From: Anthoceros angustus
Lineage: Eukaryota; Plantae; Anthocerotophyta
Assembly: GCA_010909165.1 (NCBI GenBank)
Contig: MU008181.1
Location: 806,001 to 870,000 of the forward strand
Direction of reading: 5' to 3'
Length of the DNA: 64,000 nucleotides
The notes beneath the pieces are model-generated. The model did not search any database and was not told where the DNA came from. It saw nothing but the letters and a program-made list of their open reading frames with translations. The position numbers and the translations under genes are program-made. Positions 1 through 11,289 of the stretch are shown here, in pieces; position 1 is the first letter of the stretch; every line of letters starts with the position of its first letter.

Positions 1-980
1 AGCCTACCTCAAGGACGTTTGGAGAGAGAAGGTTCCCTCCTCCACACCTGATACAACATCCTCCAGAAAGGGTCTGTCATGGAGGATGAAGCGAGAAGCC
101 AAAGCGGTAGAGGGCCCAAGCGCGAAGCCGCCGGTGAAGAGACCTCCAGGCGAGCGACTGTGCCTCAAATTGCAGGCGGGGATGCTGCCGGAGCGGATCG
201 CCTACGGGACCGAAAAGCCCACAGGCCTAGGATGTCCCCAAGAGTATCCATAATCTTCCTATCAAACCACCGCAGCAGGGACAAAAGGGTCGAGGACGGA
301 GGCTCCTACAGAAGCTTTTGGAAAGATGCACATGAAAAGGAGGGTCACCATTAACAGTTTGAACTATTTCACACACATGCATTCCGTCCATACATGATTC
401 TTCATGGTGATCATGGTCCACTGGGTAGGTGGGGCATGGCGTGATTGGCTCAGCGGCGCAATCCCGGCCTTTATGCCGATGGTAGAGACTATCAATCCAA
501 GCCGGGGTGGGTACAACGTCCTGCCGAGTCGGTGCCGGCCGGCCAACCCCAACAGAATCATGTCCGAGAAATGTGAAAGTTGGATAAATAGGGATGATTT
601 CTACCACCCTTTCCGTGTCATTTCATACCCTCTCAAGTTTAACAGGCCACGGCTGGACATGGTGCATAGGGTTTGAGGCCCAGAATGGTGTCATCTTTTG
701 AAATGACCAAGTCTTTGTACGATTGACCGACCGGAATGGGGAAGTTCATGGGCTCTATTTCGACACTTCCACAGGTGTCTGCCTTTCCTAGTACCATGCA
801 CACACACTGGCGGGTCCATGAAAGCGATGCGACCCCCGGGTGCACACCTTACTTTTGAGTGGGAAATTCTACATTTTCCGTGAACCACTGTTTCCCAACC
901 CATTGCAAACCCCCTTTGGCGTATGTTGTACAGAAAACCCCCTTCCTGTATATTCACCCCCTTGCAACTTTGTTGTGTTG

Positions 981-1516
981 AGAGCGGTTATTTTCCATAC
1001 AAGGAGCATCTATGTACCTTACGCAATGGGGTGTCGGTAAGGACGGATCTATTTCTGCTCCGAGGGGATCAAATCTTTGTTGCGGATGTCGTCGTAACGG
1101 ACCCTACCCGGAACTGTGAGCATGTCACTATCAACCCTCCGAGCTGGGCGGCGGAGTGATGCGCGACTGCCAATGTACACAAGTACACACCTTTGTAGGA
1201 TGGCCACGCCTTCATCCCTCTCGCCATTAAGACTACCGAGGCTATGGGCAAGGATTTTTCCCAGCTCATTAAGGATTGCACTAAAGCCTACTACAGTCGT
1301 CGGAACGGGCTGGATCTCCCTTTCCTCAGTGGTGGCTTTTTTTTCATAGCGGGTATCCATCTCGGAACACGACATAATCGGGGTGATAGGTAGCTTCGGG
1401 GTTGTCATTCGTGAGGGCTAGCTCCCCTAGCTTTTGGCCCTTTGGTGGGTTGTCCCCCCCGGTTCGGGTAGATGGTTTTCCCAATCTCTTCTTTTTAATA
1501 AAGTCTTATTGCCCCC
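981..1516 (+). mobile_element. 5'-truncated, degenerate non-LTR retrotransposon with restriction-like endonuclease (RLE) C-terminus
   Basis: Translation ESGYFPYKEHLCTLRNGVSVRTDLFLLRGDQIFVADVVVTDP...HVTINPPSWAA, then a degenerate FIPLAI segment (RxD...AD-V...KY...FxPxxxE RLE pattern). Colinear with 44637-45523, including the 3' tail (ggttgtcccc...ggtagatg...tttt-ataaagtct). Confidence 0.7.
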
Positions 1517-1638
1517 AAGTATGAAAGAAGAAGAAGTATAGGTATTAGAGAAGTATATATCCTTGAAAAATGGAGTGGGCAGCGCTTGCCACATTGAATT
1601 AGAATGTATATATTTAAACTTCCACTGCCGTTGTGCAC

Positions 1639-1719
1639 GTCAATATGGCCGAGTGGTTAAGGCGACAGACTTGAAATCTGTTGGGTTCGCCCGCGCAGGT
1701 TCGAACCCTGCTGTTGACG
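1639..1719 (+). tRNA. trnS-UGA: tRNA-Ser (anticodon UGA)
   Basis: Acceptor stem GTCAATA/TGTTGAC, D-loop TGGCCGAGTGG, anticodon arm ACAGA-CTTGAAA-TCTGT, long variable arm, T-loop GGTTCGAACC. Confidence 0.96.
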
Positions 1720-2141
1720 CTATCACCCCCTAATCAGACATGTCTATGTTCAGACAAGATGGCCGACACTTTTGTTCGCGGATTCTCTTCAATTTCGTTT
1801 TCGTTTTCCAATTTGAAGAAGGATTATCCTCTTTACGTGAGATAAAGCAGCAAGTATGTTCCCGGTTTGCAACCGATCAACATTACCTGACAGAGCGAGT
1901 GTAGTATCAGATCGAACGGAATTCTCGGATCCTCTTCAAGTTCATTTCAGAAAAAACTCATCAACAACAATACCTGGCACGGCAAGCGTGTCTCCAGATT
2001 AGAGCCGAATTCGCCGCGATTGGGAGAAGGAGGTTGACACAGCAAGAATGGGAGCCAGAGGGGGCCAAAAAATTATTCCCATTATTTACACACATGGCAG
2101 ACATTTGCGACAAACTTCAAATGGTCACATTAAACGGCCGT

Positions 2142-3107
2142 CTATCGGGGGGAGACGGTGATGTTGGCAGCATCCTCAATCAAGGTGCCATTCCTAAAGG
2201 CGCTGACGGCAGCCAGGGGCCATGTGAAGCCCTTCCAGATGATGCTGGTGGCAAGGGGAACGTCAATGATGATCTCCTTTTCGGTCGGCTTCTTGGCAGT
2301 CTCCTTAATCACATTCAGGTACTCCCTGCCAACCCACCCGATCCAGCCGGCGATGTATAGAAAGACAATGCCGGGGTACACGAACTCGCCGAGGTGAGCT
2401 TGGTCACCGTCCACGATAAGGTGCGGGAGGCCGTCGGTGCCGCACAGCAGACCGGCGTTGCCATAGAACTCGAACCTCTTCTTGGTCTTCTCAATGGTGG
2501 CGTTGATGGCCAGGGCCGGGGCGCTGTCAGCCTCGTACTGCTTCAACCTCTTCTGCAAACCCTGCGCACCACATCCGAATCCATTTCAGAGAACATCCCT
2601 AGCAAATACAAGCAGGAAATCGAAAAGATGAAACTTGAACATCCGGACCCTAGGATGCCCCAAGCCCGAAGCACAAACCTTGATCTCCTTGCTCTCGCGC
2701 TTGGCGAACGCCTTGCTCTCCTTGCACGGCGTGAGGCCCGCGATGTCAGCCTTGGCGTCAAGGGGAGCCACGAGGGGAGCGGTGGTAAGGACGGCGGCCA
2801 GGGCCAGCGCCGCCGCGACCTTCCCGGCGGACTGCGTGGAGGTCTGCTCCTCGGAGGAGGAGACTGAGCAGACGGTGCGTGCCTTCACCTGCGCAGGGGG
2901 AGCTCAGACGAGGTCAGGCACAGGATTAGGGAAAGGCTCCCTCCGCATTTTCTCCAGAACCACGACGCCGGCGTCCGGGATGAAGATAGCTACCTGCTTC
3001 ACGAAGACGGAGGCGGAGGTGGAGGAGAATGCAGCCTTGGCTGACACATCCTTAACCAAAGGGGAGACAAGGCCCGCCGGGGCGGACATGCAGACGGATG
3101 ACGCCAT
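2142..3107 (-). CDS. psaF: Photosystem I subunit III (PsaF) precursor; 3 exons: 3107-2994, 2888-2679, 2561-2142
   Basis: Bipartite transit peptide ending [21 protein letters not shown]; [45 protein letters not shown]-terminal ITVSPR. GT-AG introns splice in frame. Confidence 0.97.
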
Positions 3108-3789
3108 GGTTGCTTGTGCGTCTGCGGACTGCGTCTGCTTCTCAGCCCGTGCTTCTGCGTCCGCGTGTGCCTGACGGAGCTGGGGAGTGGGGATCGAAGT
3201 TTGGTGTGACACAAGAGGGCGCGGGGCACTTGCTGGTGTGTGCCGGGCCCGAGCGAGGGAGTGAGAGGGCCACAGGATTCCTGCGGATGGATAGATATTG
3301 CCCCCGCGACGCCATTGGATGACGCCCCTTCCTGTCCCGCGCACGGATAGACCACTTTCCCTTCGACGGATGGTCCGACGGTCTGGATTATCTCAACTCC
3401 CGCTTATTAGGTACACAAGTATGGTGTACCGATGATGAGTTGGCGGATGAGCCCAAAAGGCTGTCACTAAATGGACACACATTTATAAGGACGTGGCTGT
3501 TAAGCATCCGCGTTTCGATAGGTACTTAGTTGGGAAGCCTAAAGGAAGTGGATACTTAGATGGGGTGCTAAAGGGAGTGGATCTCTTTGGCACGAGTAGA
3601 ATATTCTTCTTCTTCTTCTTTGTACAGTAGGTACCTACTAGATAGTGTACGTGATCTAGGAATATTGTACTTAAATAAACAGAAGAATATCACCTACTAA
3701 GTAGTGGTAGTTTTGCAATTGGAGCTTTTAAAATTGTGTGTTATTGAGCATTCCAAAATGCGCAACAAATCCAAAATGCATTGAAGACC

Positions 3790-4400
3790 TTAGTTTTCCT
3801 ACATTGTGGCTTTTAAAATGTTCTGAAGATCTTAATTTTCCAATATTGTAGCTTTTAGAACTACCACTAGGAGTGTGATGGCTTCGTAATAAGAATTGAA
3901 CATCGTATCATATCTTTCGAAACTGCATACAATGGCTCCTGAAGGATTAAAACTCGTATTATTCTTACATTGCGGCTTTTAGAACTATCACTATGTGTGT
4001 GATGGCTTTGCCTTCAAAAATTGAAATATCTTTTGAAAATGCATGCAATAGGTTCGAAAAGAATTGAAAATCATATTATTGCTATATTGTGGCTTTTGGA
4101 ACTCCTCATGTCCCGACATAGCTTGCAATGAGTAGCGATCAAAGGTCTAGGCACTTGAAACTAAAAAATGGAAGATCAAGGTCTGGCTACTTGAAACTAA
4201 AAAATTGAAGATCCATTCATAACAGACGCAATAGAAACAATCAGACAAGTGAACCCTTTGTGCTCTAGTGCAAGATAGGAACAATCAACCCTTTATTTCA
4301 AGCAATTTTAAAAGGTTACTTCTAATTAATTTGAAAATGTAATTTTGGTATATGCAAGACTGCGCAAGATAGGAACAATCAACCCTTTATTTCAAGCAAC
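3790..4400. repeat. Degenerate AT-rich short tandem/dispersed repeats upstream of psaF
   Basis: attgtggcttttagaact-like motif near 3801, 3845, 3968 and 4086; about 37-bp unit x2 at 4137-4213; gcaagataggaacaatcaaccctttatttcaagcaa at about 4270 and 4364. Confidence 0.6.
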
Positions 4401-4492
4401 TTTGAAAATTTATAGATAATTTAAAAATACAACCTCCACAGGCACAATATCAGTTGGAAATTCAAAGTTGAGTTTGTGAGACGAAGGAAATC

Positions 4493-4574
4493 CGTGAACT
4501 GCAGGATTCGAACCTACGCGGGCAGAGCCCAACAGATTTCGAGTCTGTCGCCTTAACCACTCGGCCAAGTTCAC
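4493..4574 (-). tRNA. trnS-CGA: tRNA-Ser (anticodon CGA)
   Basis: Reverse complement GTGAACTTGGCCGAGTGGTTAAGGCGACAGACTCGAAATCTGTTGGGCTCTGCCCGCGTAGGTTCGAATCCTGCAGTTCACG forms a full cloverleaf with a long variable arm. Confidence 0.96.
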
Positions 4575-5120
4575 CTGATGACCAACATTGCGCACTTTAT
4601 TAATTATGTAATACTTAATTGTTCACTAACAAGATGTAAACTGATGGATACCAGGTTCCAGTATCTAATGGGAACCTGTCCTAAGGACCTGATCGTACGC
4701 CGAGGAATCGGTTGCAACCAGGCCAGCAAGTTCTGGCGCACCGCCGAATCCGAAAGGAGGCAAGTATGTCTTATCGGAAGTAGATGACCTTTATTGTCCA
4801 GGGCAGGGCGGAGCAGAGAAATGAATCAATCATGTAGTCTGTTCAACCAACATGAACGAACATAGAGGAGAGGCTACAGCAGAAGGAGCCGAGGAGAAGG
4901 CTTGGCCTGATCACATGGAGGCTGGTAGGCAGAGATCATCTATCCACGCTCGGAGTCCCAGCTGCTGGTCTTATACACGAGGCTTTTGCCGTTTCCACGT
5001 CCCCCTGCTTCTCCGACAGGAGATGAGGCAAGAGAAAAAAATCCGAAACCACCGAGCTGCGGCTGCGGCTCCTCACGAGATGAGCCGAGCAGGAGCAGCC
5101 CCCGTCTGTACAAATCGGGG

Positions 5121-6300
5121 CTACAAGACATGCGGGGACCTGATGTCGGACGTACCCTGACTGAGCGAGCCGTTGAAGCCCAGCACGGGCTTGCCGAGGT
5201 CAGACATGGCCGCATCCCGCTCCTGCGCCAGCTGCAGAGCCACCACCTCCAGAGCCTGCGTCTCCTGCTGCAGCCGGGCAACCCCCGCGGCCACCTCCTT
5301 CAGCTGCCTCACCTCCTCCAGCGCAGCGTCCCTCTCCGCAGCCAGCTGCAGCGCCACCGTCTCTAGCGCGGTATTCTGCTCCCGCAGCTGGTTCAGCTCC
5401 TGGTTCAGGAGCTCCTCCAAAGACCGCATCCGCTCCGTCATGGCCACCACCGCGCTCTTGAGCCCCGACACCTCCGCCAGCGCCGAGTCCCGCTCCTCCG
5501 CCAGCTGCATGGCCACAGCCTCCAGCGCCTCCTTCTCCGCAGCCATCCGCAGCCCCGCCTCCCCTCCCCTGCACCTTCAGCTTGTTCACCTCCGCGGCCA
5601 GATTGCTCACCTCCGACGCCAGATGCACCAGCGCCTCCTTCACGGCCGCGTCCAGATCCGCCGGCAGCGCCATCGCCAGCTCCCCCCCGGGCCCCGGCTT
5701 TCCCTGCCCCGCCTCCACCAGCTCCATCACCGCCTTGATCGGCGAGTCCGGCACTAACCTCACCGGCCTACCCTGCCAGATCCGGCTGACCACCAGCATG
5801 GCGTACGCCACTCCCACCGTCTGCATCGCCTCCGGCACGAACGGCACCACGTCCACCGAGCTCAGCAGCGAGGCGGAGAACTGCAACCCTAGAGCACCTG
5901 CAGCAAGAATCAGCACCATCTTCCCCTTGCTCACTCCCAGCGCTTCCGACAGCCGGTCCACCATCTCCATCAAACCCCCGCCTCCCTGCCTCTCCTCCTT
6001 CTCCGTCTCTTTCTCCTTCCCCTTCCCCTTCCCCTTCCCAGCCGCTTCCGCAGCAGCCGCACCAGCACTGCCGCCATAGCCGCTCTTGCTCTTGCTCTGG
6101 CTCTTCTCCTTGCTCTTTCCGATTCCCTGGAACCTCAAATTCAGTGTCGGAGGCCCCCGCTTCTGCTTCTCGGCCACCTCGTACTCCTCCGAGAGCTTGC
6201 ACCGCACCAATGCCGCGCGCCTAGCAGCGACCCTGCGCGGGGAGGCCGAGACCCCGGCGACCCGGGCCAGGCCGCCCCGGCCCAGCGCCAAGGCGTGCAT
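5121..6300 (-). CDS. Plastid-targeted CAAD/CURT1-like membrane protein with C-terminal repeated coiled-coil; one apparent 1-nt frameshift near 5550-5575
   Basis: Arg/Ala-rich transit peptide ending VRC; CAAD-like hairpin VLILAAGALGLQFSASLLSSVDVVPFVPEAMQTVGVAYAM. ORF 5121-5546 continues in another frame with three ALExVAxQLAxERDxA repeats. Confidence 0.7.
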
Positions 6301-6726
6301 GGCTGGGGCTAGCAGCGATCCTTCTACCGTCCTCTCTGCCGCTCCTCATGAAACCGAGCCAGGGCCGCGGAATTGGCGTGCCTGCAACACCGCGGGAAGG
6401 AGCTCGCTTCCCTCATCACCCCTGCGACGCCATAGCCAGACACCGCGACAGCGCGACACCGACAACCACTTAGGTCTGGGCGGAACGGAGTGATGACGGG
6501 TGATTCGTATGAGGCGAGGAAGCCGATGACGGGGAACGAAATGTATGTGGCTCTGTGTAACACTTGAAAAAACCACCAACTTGGCGCCCACTCGGCAGCC
6601 TGCTGCGCACTGACTGGCTTGTTCGAATTCGACCTGTGTAAATATCTGTCACGCACGATCGGGTCTCTCCACCACGCATTTTTCTTCCGCTAGAGAGAAG
6701 CTCCCAACTCGAGGTCGAGCCGGGCC
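6301..6726. promoter_or_regulatory. Probable bidirectional promoter shared by the CAAD gene and Lhca5
   Basis: Only 426 bp separate the divergent start codons. Confidence 0.5.
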
Positions 6727-7977
6727 ATGGCATCATCCGCGGCGGCCTCGCCCTGTTCCTGCTCCCTGCTTCCCGGCGCCTTGCGGCCTCCCGCTGCTCC
6801 GGCAGCCTCCAGGCGATTTTCTTATCAAGGCGCCCGGCGATGGCCGCAGCTGGGGCTCTCTGTCAGGGCCGCGGCAGCAACCTCTGGCGGGGACACCGCT
6901 TCTGCCGAAAGGCCTCTCTGGCTGCCAGGCTCCACGGCCCCGGAGCATCTTGATGGCTCGTAAGTCGGCCTGTATGGACATTGTTTTTGCCGACATTTGC
7001 CGACATTTGCCAACATTTGATCCAGTGGGAATGGGAAATGATTTTTGCAGTCTTCCGGGGGATTTTGGGTTCGATCCTCTGCAGCTCGGGAAGGACCCGC
7101 AGGACCTCCGGTGGTATGTTCAGGCAGAGCTCGTGCACGCCCGGTTTGCGATGGCCGGGGTTGCCGGCATTCTCTACACTGATGTGAGTTCTGGGTGAAT
7201 TGGGAACGGGATTTTTTGTTTCGCTGCTGTGGGCATTTTGCATGGACGCATCTTTCACTGCCTTGCAGTTGCTGCGAGTTACAGGTTTGAAAGACCTGCC
7301 TGTTTGGTTTGAAGCTGGGGCAACTGAATTTGAGTTTGCAGACACGAGGACGCTCTTCTTTGTACAATTGCTGTTGATGGGGTAAGGAGAATCAGATTTG
7401 CAATCCCTCGTTTGCCGAGATTGTATGCTTTGCGTTGGAGTGAAACTGGTGACTTTTTTCCAGGTTTGTGGAAACCAAGAGGTACATGGATTTCAAGTCT
7501 CCTGGGTCCCAGGCAGCTAAAGATTCATTCTTCGGCCTGGAAGCAGGCTTTGAGGGTTTAGGCGCTGGGTGAGCATGATGACCTCAGGAAGCAAGCTAGC
7601 TATTTTCTGTCTTGACATCTGGTATGGCAGGTATGCTGAATCCGCTTCACGTTGGGCATCAGCTATCCTGCAGGTCCTTTCTTCAACCCGCTAGGATTGG
7701 CCAAAGACCTCTCCAAGGATAGTGGTTTGAGACTCAAGGAAATAAAAAACGGTAAGGCAGCTCGTGTTATCGTCACCCATGTCCAGCCTTGCTGCTCCTT
7801 TTTCTGTCTTAGGAGGTCTTATGGGCGGTCTCCCATGTTACAGGGCGGCTTGCCATGGTTTCCATCGTGGGCTTCTTCGTTCAGGCGTCCATCACCAAAG
7901 TTGGGCCGCTGGAGAACCTCGTACAACATCTGTCAGATCCGTGGCATAACACGGTTCTGCAAGCTCTGTCCCACTAA
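6727..7977 (+). CDS. LHCA5: Light-harvesting chlorophyll a/b protein Lhca5 (6 exons)
   Basis: Spliced product ERPLWLPG...[13 protein letters not shown]...[30 protein letters not shown]...LPVWFEAGA...[17 protein letters not shown]...LKEIKNGRLAM...[24 protein letters not shown] and RYMDF-SPGSQA match Lhca5. Confidence 0.9.
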
Positions 7978-10900
7978 GGATCATAGGTACCACCGCGCAC
8001 TGGGTGGCTGCCGCCCCCTGCTTCTGCACAACTGGAAGTATCCACGTCGTTCCTGTTCGATCGCCCGGCCTGAAATTCGTAATCAGCCATTTCAGCTGGG
8101 CCGAGAAGGCTCTTTAGATATATGCCTTCGTTTTATTCAAATTCTTTTCAACGCTCGCTTATTCTACGGTTTCATCTGTCTACCTCTTACATATCACAAA
8201 CTACGTCGAGCGCGCCTCGTCTCCTGATGAGGCGATGAGCCGGGGTTGTTACGAACAACGTGGTCATCGTGGTTGACGATAAGTAGCTGGCCGAACGCTT
8301 ACGGGGTGAAAAGCGTCCAGAAGCAACAATCATCGTGTATTCACTTTAAACGAGACCGAAATTCTTGAAGTGCGTCGTATGATGCATGAAATAACTTATC
8401 TTCAAGATAAAATGAGATCACGAATCATTCCCCTCCTGGCCTGCCAACCGCCTAAAAGATGTTATGTTCACATCCCGGGTCAGCAAAATGGGGTCTTCTT
8501 TTCAAGAGGTGTGAAGCGGCAGCCTGTTAGATGGCGGTAGTCTTAAACGTCAGCCTAGATTTTTAGGCTCACCTCTCCTGCATAAGGGGTTCTCCCCATT
8601 GTAAACAAGGAAGCTGGGCAAGGACCAGCTTGGTGTTCATTCCTGTAGTATTCCATGTGTGTATGAAATATTATTGAGTCTACTGCAGTTGTCCTGGTTG
8701 TTGGTTCCTAGGGATAGCGTGTTGATATTTGTACAGGGGAAACATTACGAGAGGATTGCCCCACACTGCCTTGCCCCTTAATGCTTCGAACTGCTAACCA
8801 TTGTGTGTACAGTGTTTGCCCAATGGCTTTCTCCCTTGGTTAGCCAATGTATTGTAGCTTTCTTGCACGCTCCTAGACTCCCTTGAGAGAGTTCTTCAGC
8901 ATGAGACATTTATTATAAACTTAAACTTGAACTTGCTGCTGCTTGAAGTGAGTTAGTCATATTGATGCTTGTATTGCTAACTAATTAGTATACTAGGACC
9001 GAGGAACATAAATTGTTGTGCCTTGATGTTCATAGGATAAGAAGGTGTACATGCCATGGTTAGCGAATCTGCTAGAGCGATAAGGAAAGCTGACCATTTG
9101 AAGGACGTCTCATGTAGTAAGTGAGGAGTAGATTAACATAGTGGCACCCCCGGCGGGACCTATCACTATTAACAGACAGTGCATCCTACTACCAAGAAGG
9201 CTTAGCCTCACATGCTAGTACAGTGCCCCATGGGTCACACATAGGTTCGAATCAACATTCCTCTCTTGTTCTTGCTGCAGGTATTCCTCATACATTGAGG
9301 TGGCTAGTGTGAGTGGGATTGTGTTTGTAAAGAAGAGAAGTAGTTTGCGGAAATTTGCTCAAAAAAAAGGTGGCACAACTGTGGAAATTTGAAGTAACCT
9401 ACGAGTAGAGGCTATGAAGCAAGATGTGTCGGAAGGCTAGAAGGTAGACTCTTCATTTGGCAGAGAAATGGTGATGGGACAATATCTGAAACTATCCCCT
9501 TGAATTCCTATGGTAGTGAGCTACGAAAGGCTCACTCCATTTGTTAGTTGATTTTTTTTCACAAAAAAGTTTTAACTGATTAATAGACTTCTCGCTGCAT
9601 ATAGATTACAATAATGGAACTTTAATTAGGTTTCCATTGAGTTAGAGGAAAATGGCTCGGGCAGGAGATGCTAGGCCTCCTCCCGCGCCCCCCTCCTCCC
9701 CCCGCCCCTCTAACGCTAAGAAATTTTGATTAGCTTAGCCTCAATCCTACGTTGAGATCGCATGAGCATATTATGATAGACGCAGTTATGAATCTCATGC
9801 TCCATTGCAGTAGTCAGAAGGCTGCGTATGTCACACAATGTCCTTGCATCATTAGATTGGTGGATCAAGATAGGAGTCAACATGAGGAGCCTACAGTGAA
9901 CTAATTACATTGACACGTTTGACCACGTACATAAGGGCCAAAGGTGTCTGCCAAAAGGACCCCATCTGAGGGGGTCTACACCAATTGTCTCAAAACCTGG
10001 AGGAAGGTGTCCAAACCCCAATGCGATTCCCCTTGCAACGCAGCATGCCAGTGCAGCCGCTTTTTCTTGTGCACGGCGCATGATCGGGTGGTCCCTATCC
10101 ATATGGTACTTGTTCCACTTCCTCACATGCTTATTCACATCCCGGTTTGCATTTGAAGTGGATTCTGGTTGCCTCCGACACACTCTCTGGGGATCAGCAC
10201 TGGCTTTCTCTTGTTTCAAATTGGCGTTCTCATTATGGAGTTCTGCAATAGTGGCCTAGGCCTCCGTCTCTTTCATTTGTCTCTTGTGCTAGGTAATTTC
10301 CTCCTCCTTCTTCAAACATTCCACGACGAGGTCGTTGTGCAACCCCGCGGCCTTGCTGGCAGTGTCTTGCATAGCCTCTTACTGCACCAGTGCCTTGTCG
10401 ACATGTATAGGCCCAAGGGAAAGGCCGTCCTCAAGAGGAGGAAGGACCGACGAGTACCACGGAGGAGGTATTAAAGTTTCCATCGGCCATACCTGGCCTG
10501 GGCTTACCCACTGAGGAGGAGGCACCAACGAAATAGCACACCTGCGCCTGCTTCAACCCCCCTATCGGTAGCTGGGCAGTTGCGTAGAGCCTCGCACTCG
10601 GTTCAAGCTTGAGTATTCAAGTCACCTAGGGAGAAGGTCCCGTTCTTCTCAGGAGCCAGTATCAACCAAATCCGCAGTCAATCATGAAACAAGAACCCAA
10701 TTCGGAGTGATGTCAATGACCGGCTTGTATGAAAACTTGCTGAGGTCCGGGTATCATTCTGGATGTTGGAGGAGGGGAGAGCCGAGGGTGCACAGGCCAA
10801 GCCATGCATGTGAGAGCGGTGCAAGAGGTGTGGGGCAAGTGAACATACCATGGGATATTGTGTAAATGGTCCTTGTGGGTACTGTGGCGAAACTGGGGAC

Positions 10901-11084
10901 GCAGAGTGTCACTCCCACTTTGCTCTGCAAGAATAGCAAGCCACAACCTCACAGCACGGTCAGAAGGAAGCTAGGCAACCAGAGGGCACAACTTGCTAAT
11001 CTTGGGTACCCTGCCAACAACCTTAGAGATCGAGCACCGGGGTAAGCATCGAGTGAGCTGCGTTTCTGCTGATTGCACTGAAGA

Positions 11085-11289
11085 TGTTAAGTTTAGTAAG
11101 AGTTACATAACCCTAGCCAATAGTCAGGCGAGTTAGGCTAACCTAGCTCGTTAAGCGAACAGTCGCAGCCCTACGAAGGGGTGCCCGGGTCCCATATAAA
11201 GGGCCCCTAACCTATGAATTTTCTAATCTTTTCTAATTCATGCTTCCGCTATATTCTATACATTAGGAAAGTTCACATGGTATCGAGCC
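11085..11289 (+). repeat. 5' LTR (11085-11277) plus tRNA-iMet primer-binding site (11278-11289)
   Basis: TGTTAAG...GTTCACA, TATA-like CATATAAA at about 11193, followed by TGGTATCGAGCC. Confidence 0.88.

Noticed and set aside
1500-1640. tRNA-targeted insertion of the RLE element
   Set aside because: The second family copy (ending about 45523) has no adjacent tRNA, so a single proximity is insufficient.
1639-1719. Selenocysteine or suppressor tRNA
   Set aside because: The anticodon is UGA (reads UCA, Ser), not UCA, and the structure is an ordinary tRNA-Ser.
5550-5575. Programmed frameshifting in the CAAD gene (also TTC5 near 56685 and the PPR N-terminus near 55155)
   Set aside because: All fall in G-rich runs within an assembly showing many indels, and no slippery heptamer is evident; consensus errors are more likely.
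8230-11080. Genes in the region after Lhca5 (e.g. ORFs 9905-10219, 10169-10474)
   Set aside because: No recognisable domain or consistent exon chain; probably intergenic or decayed repeat DNA.
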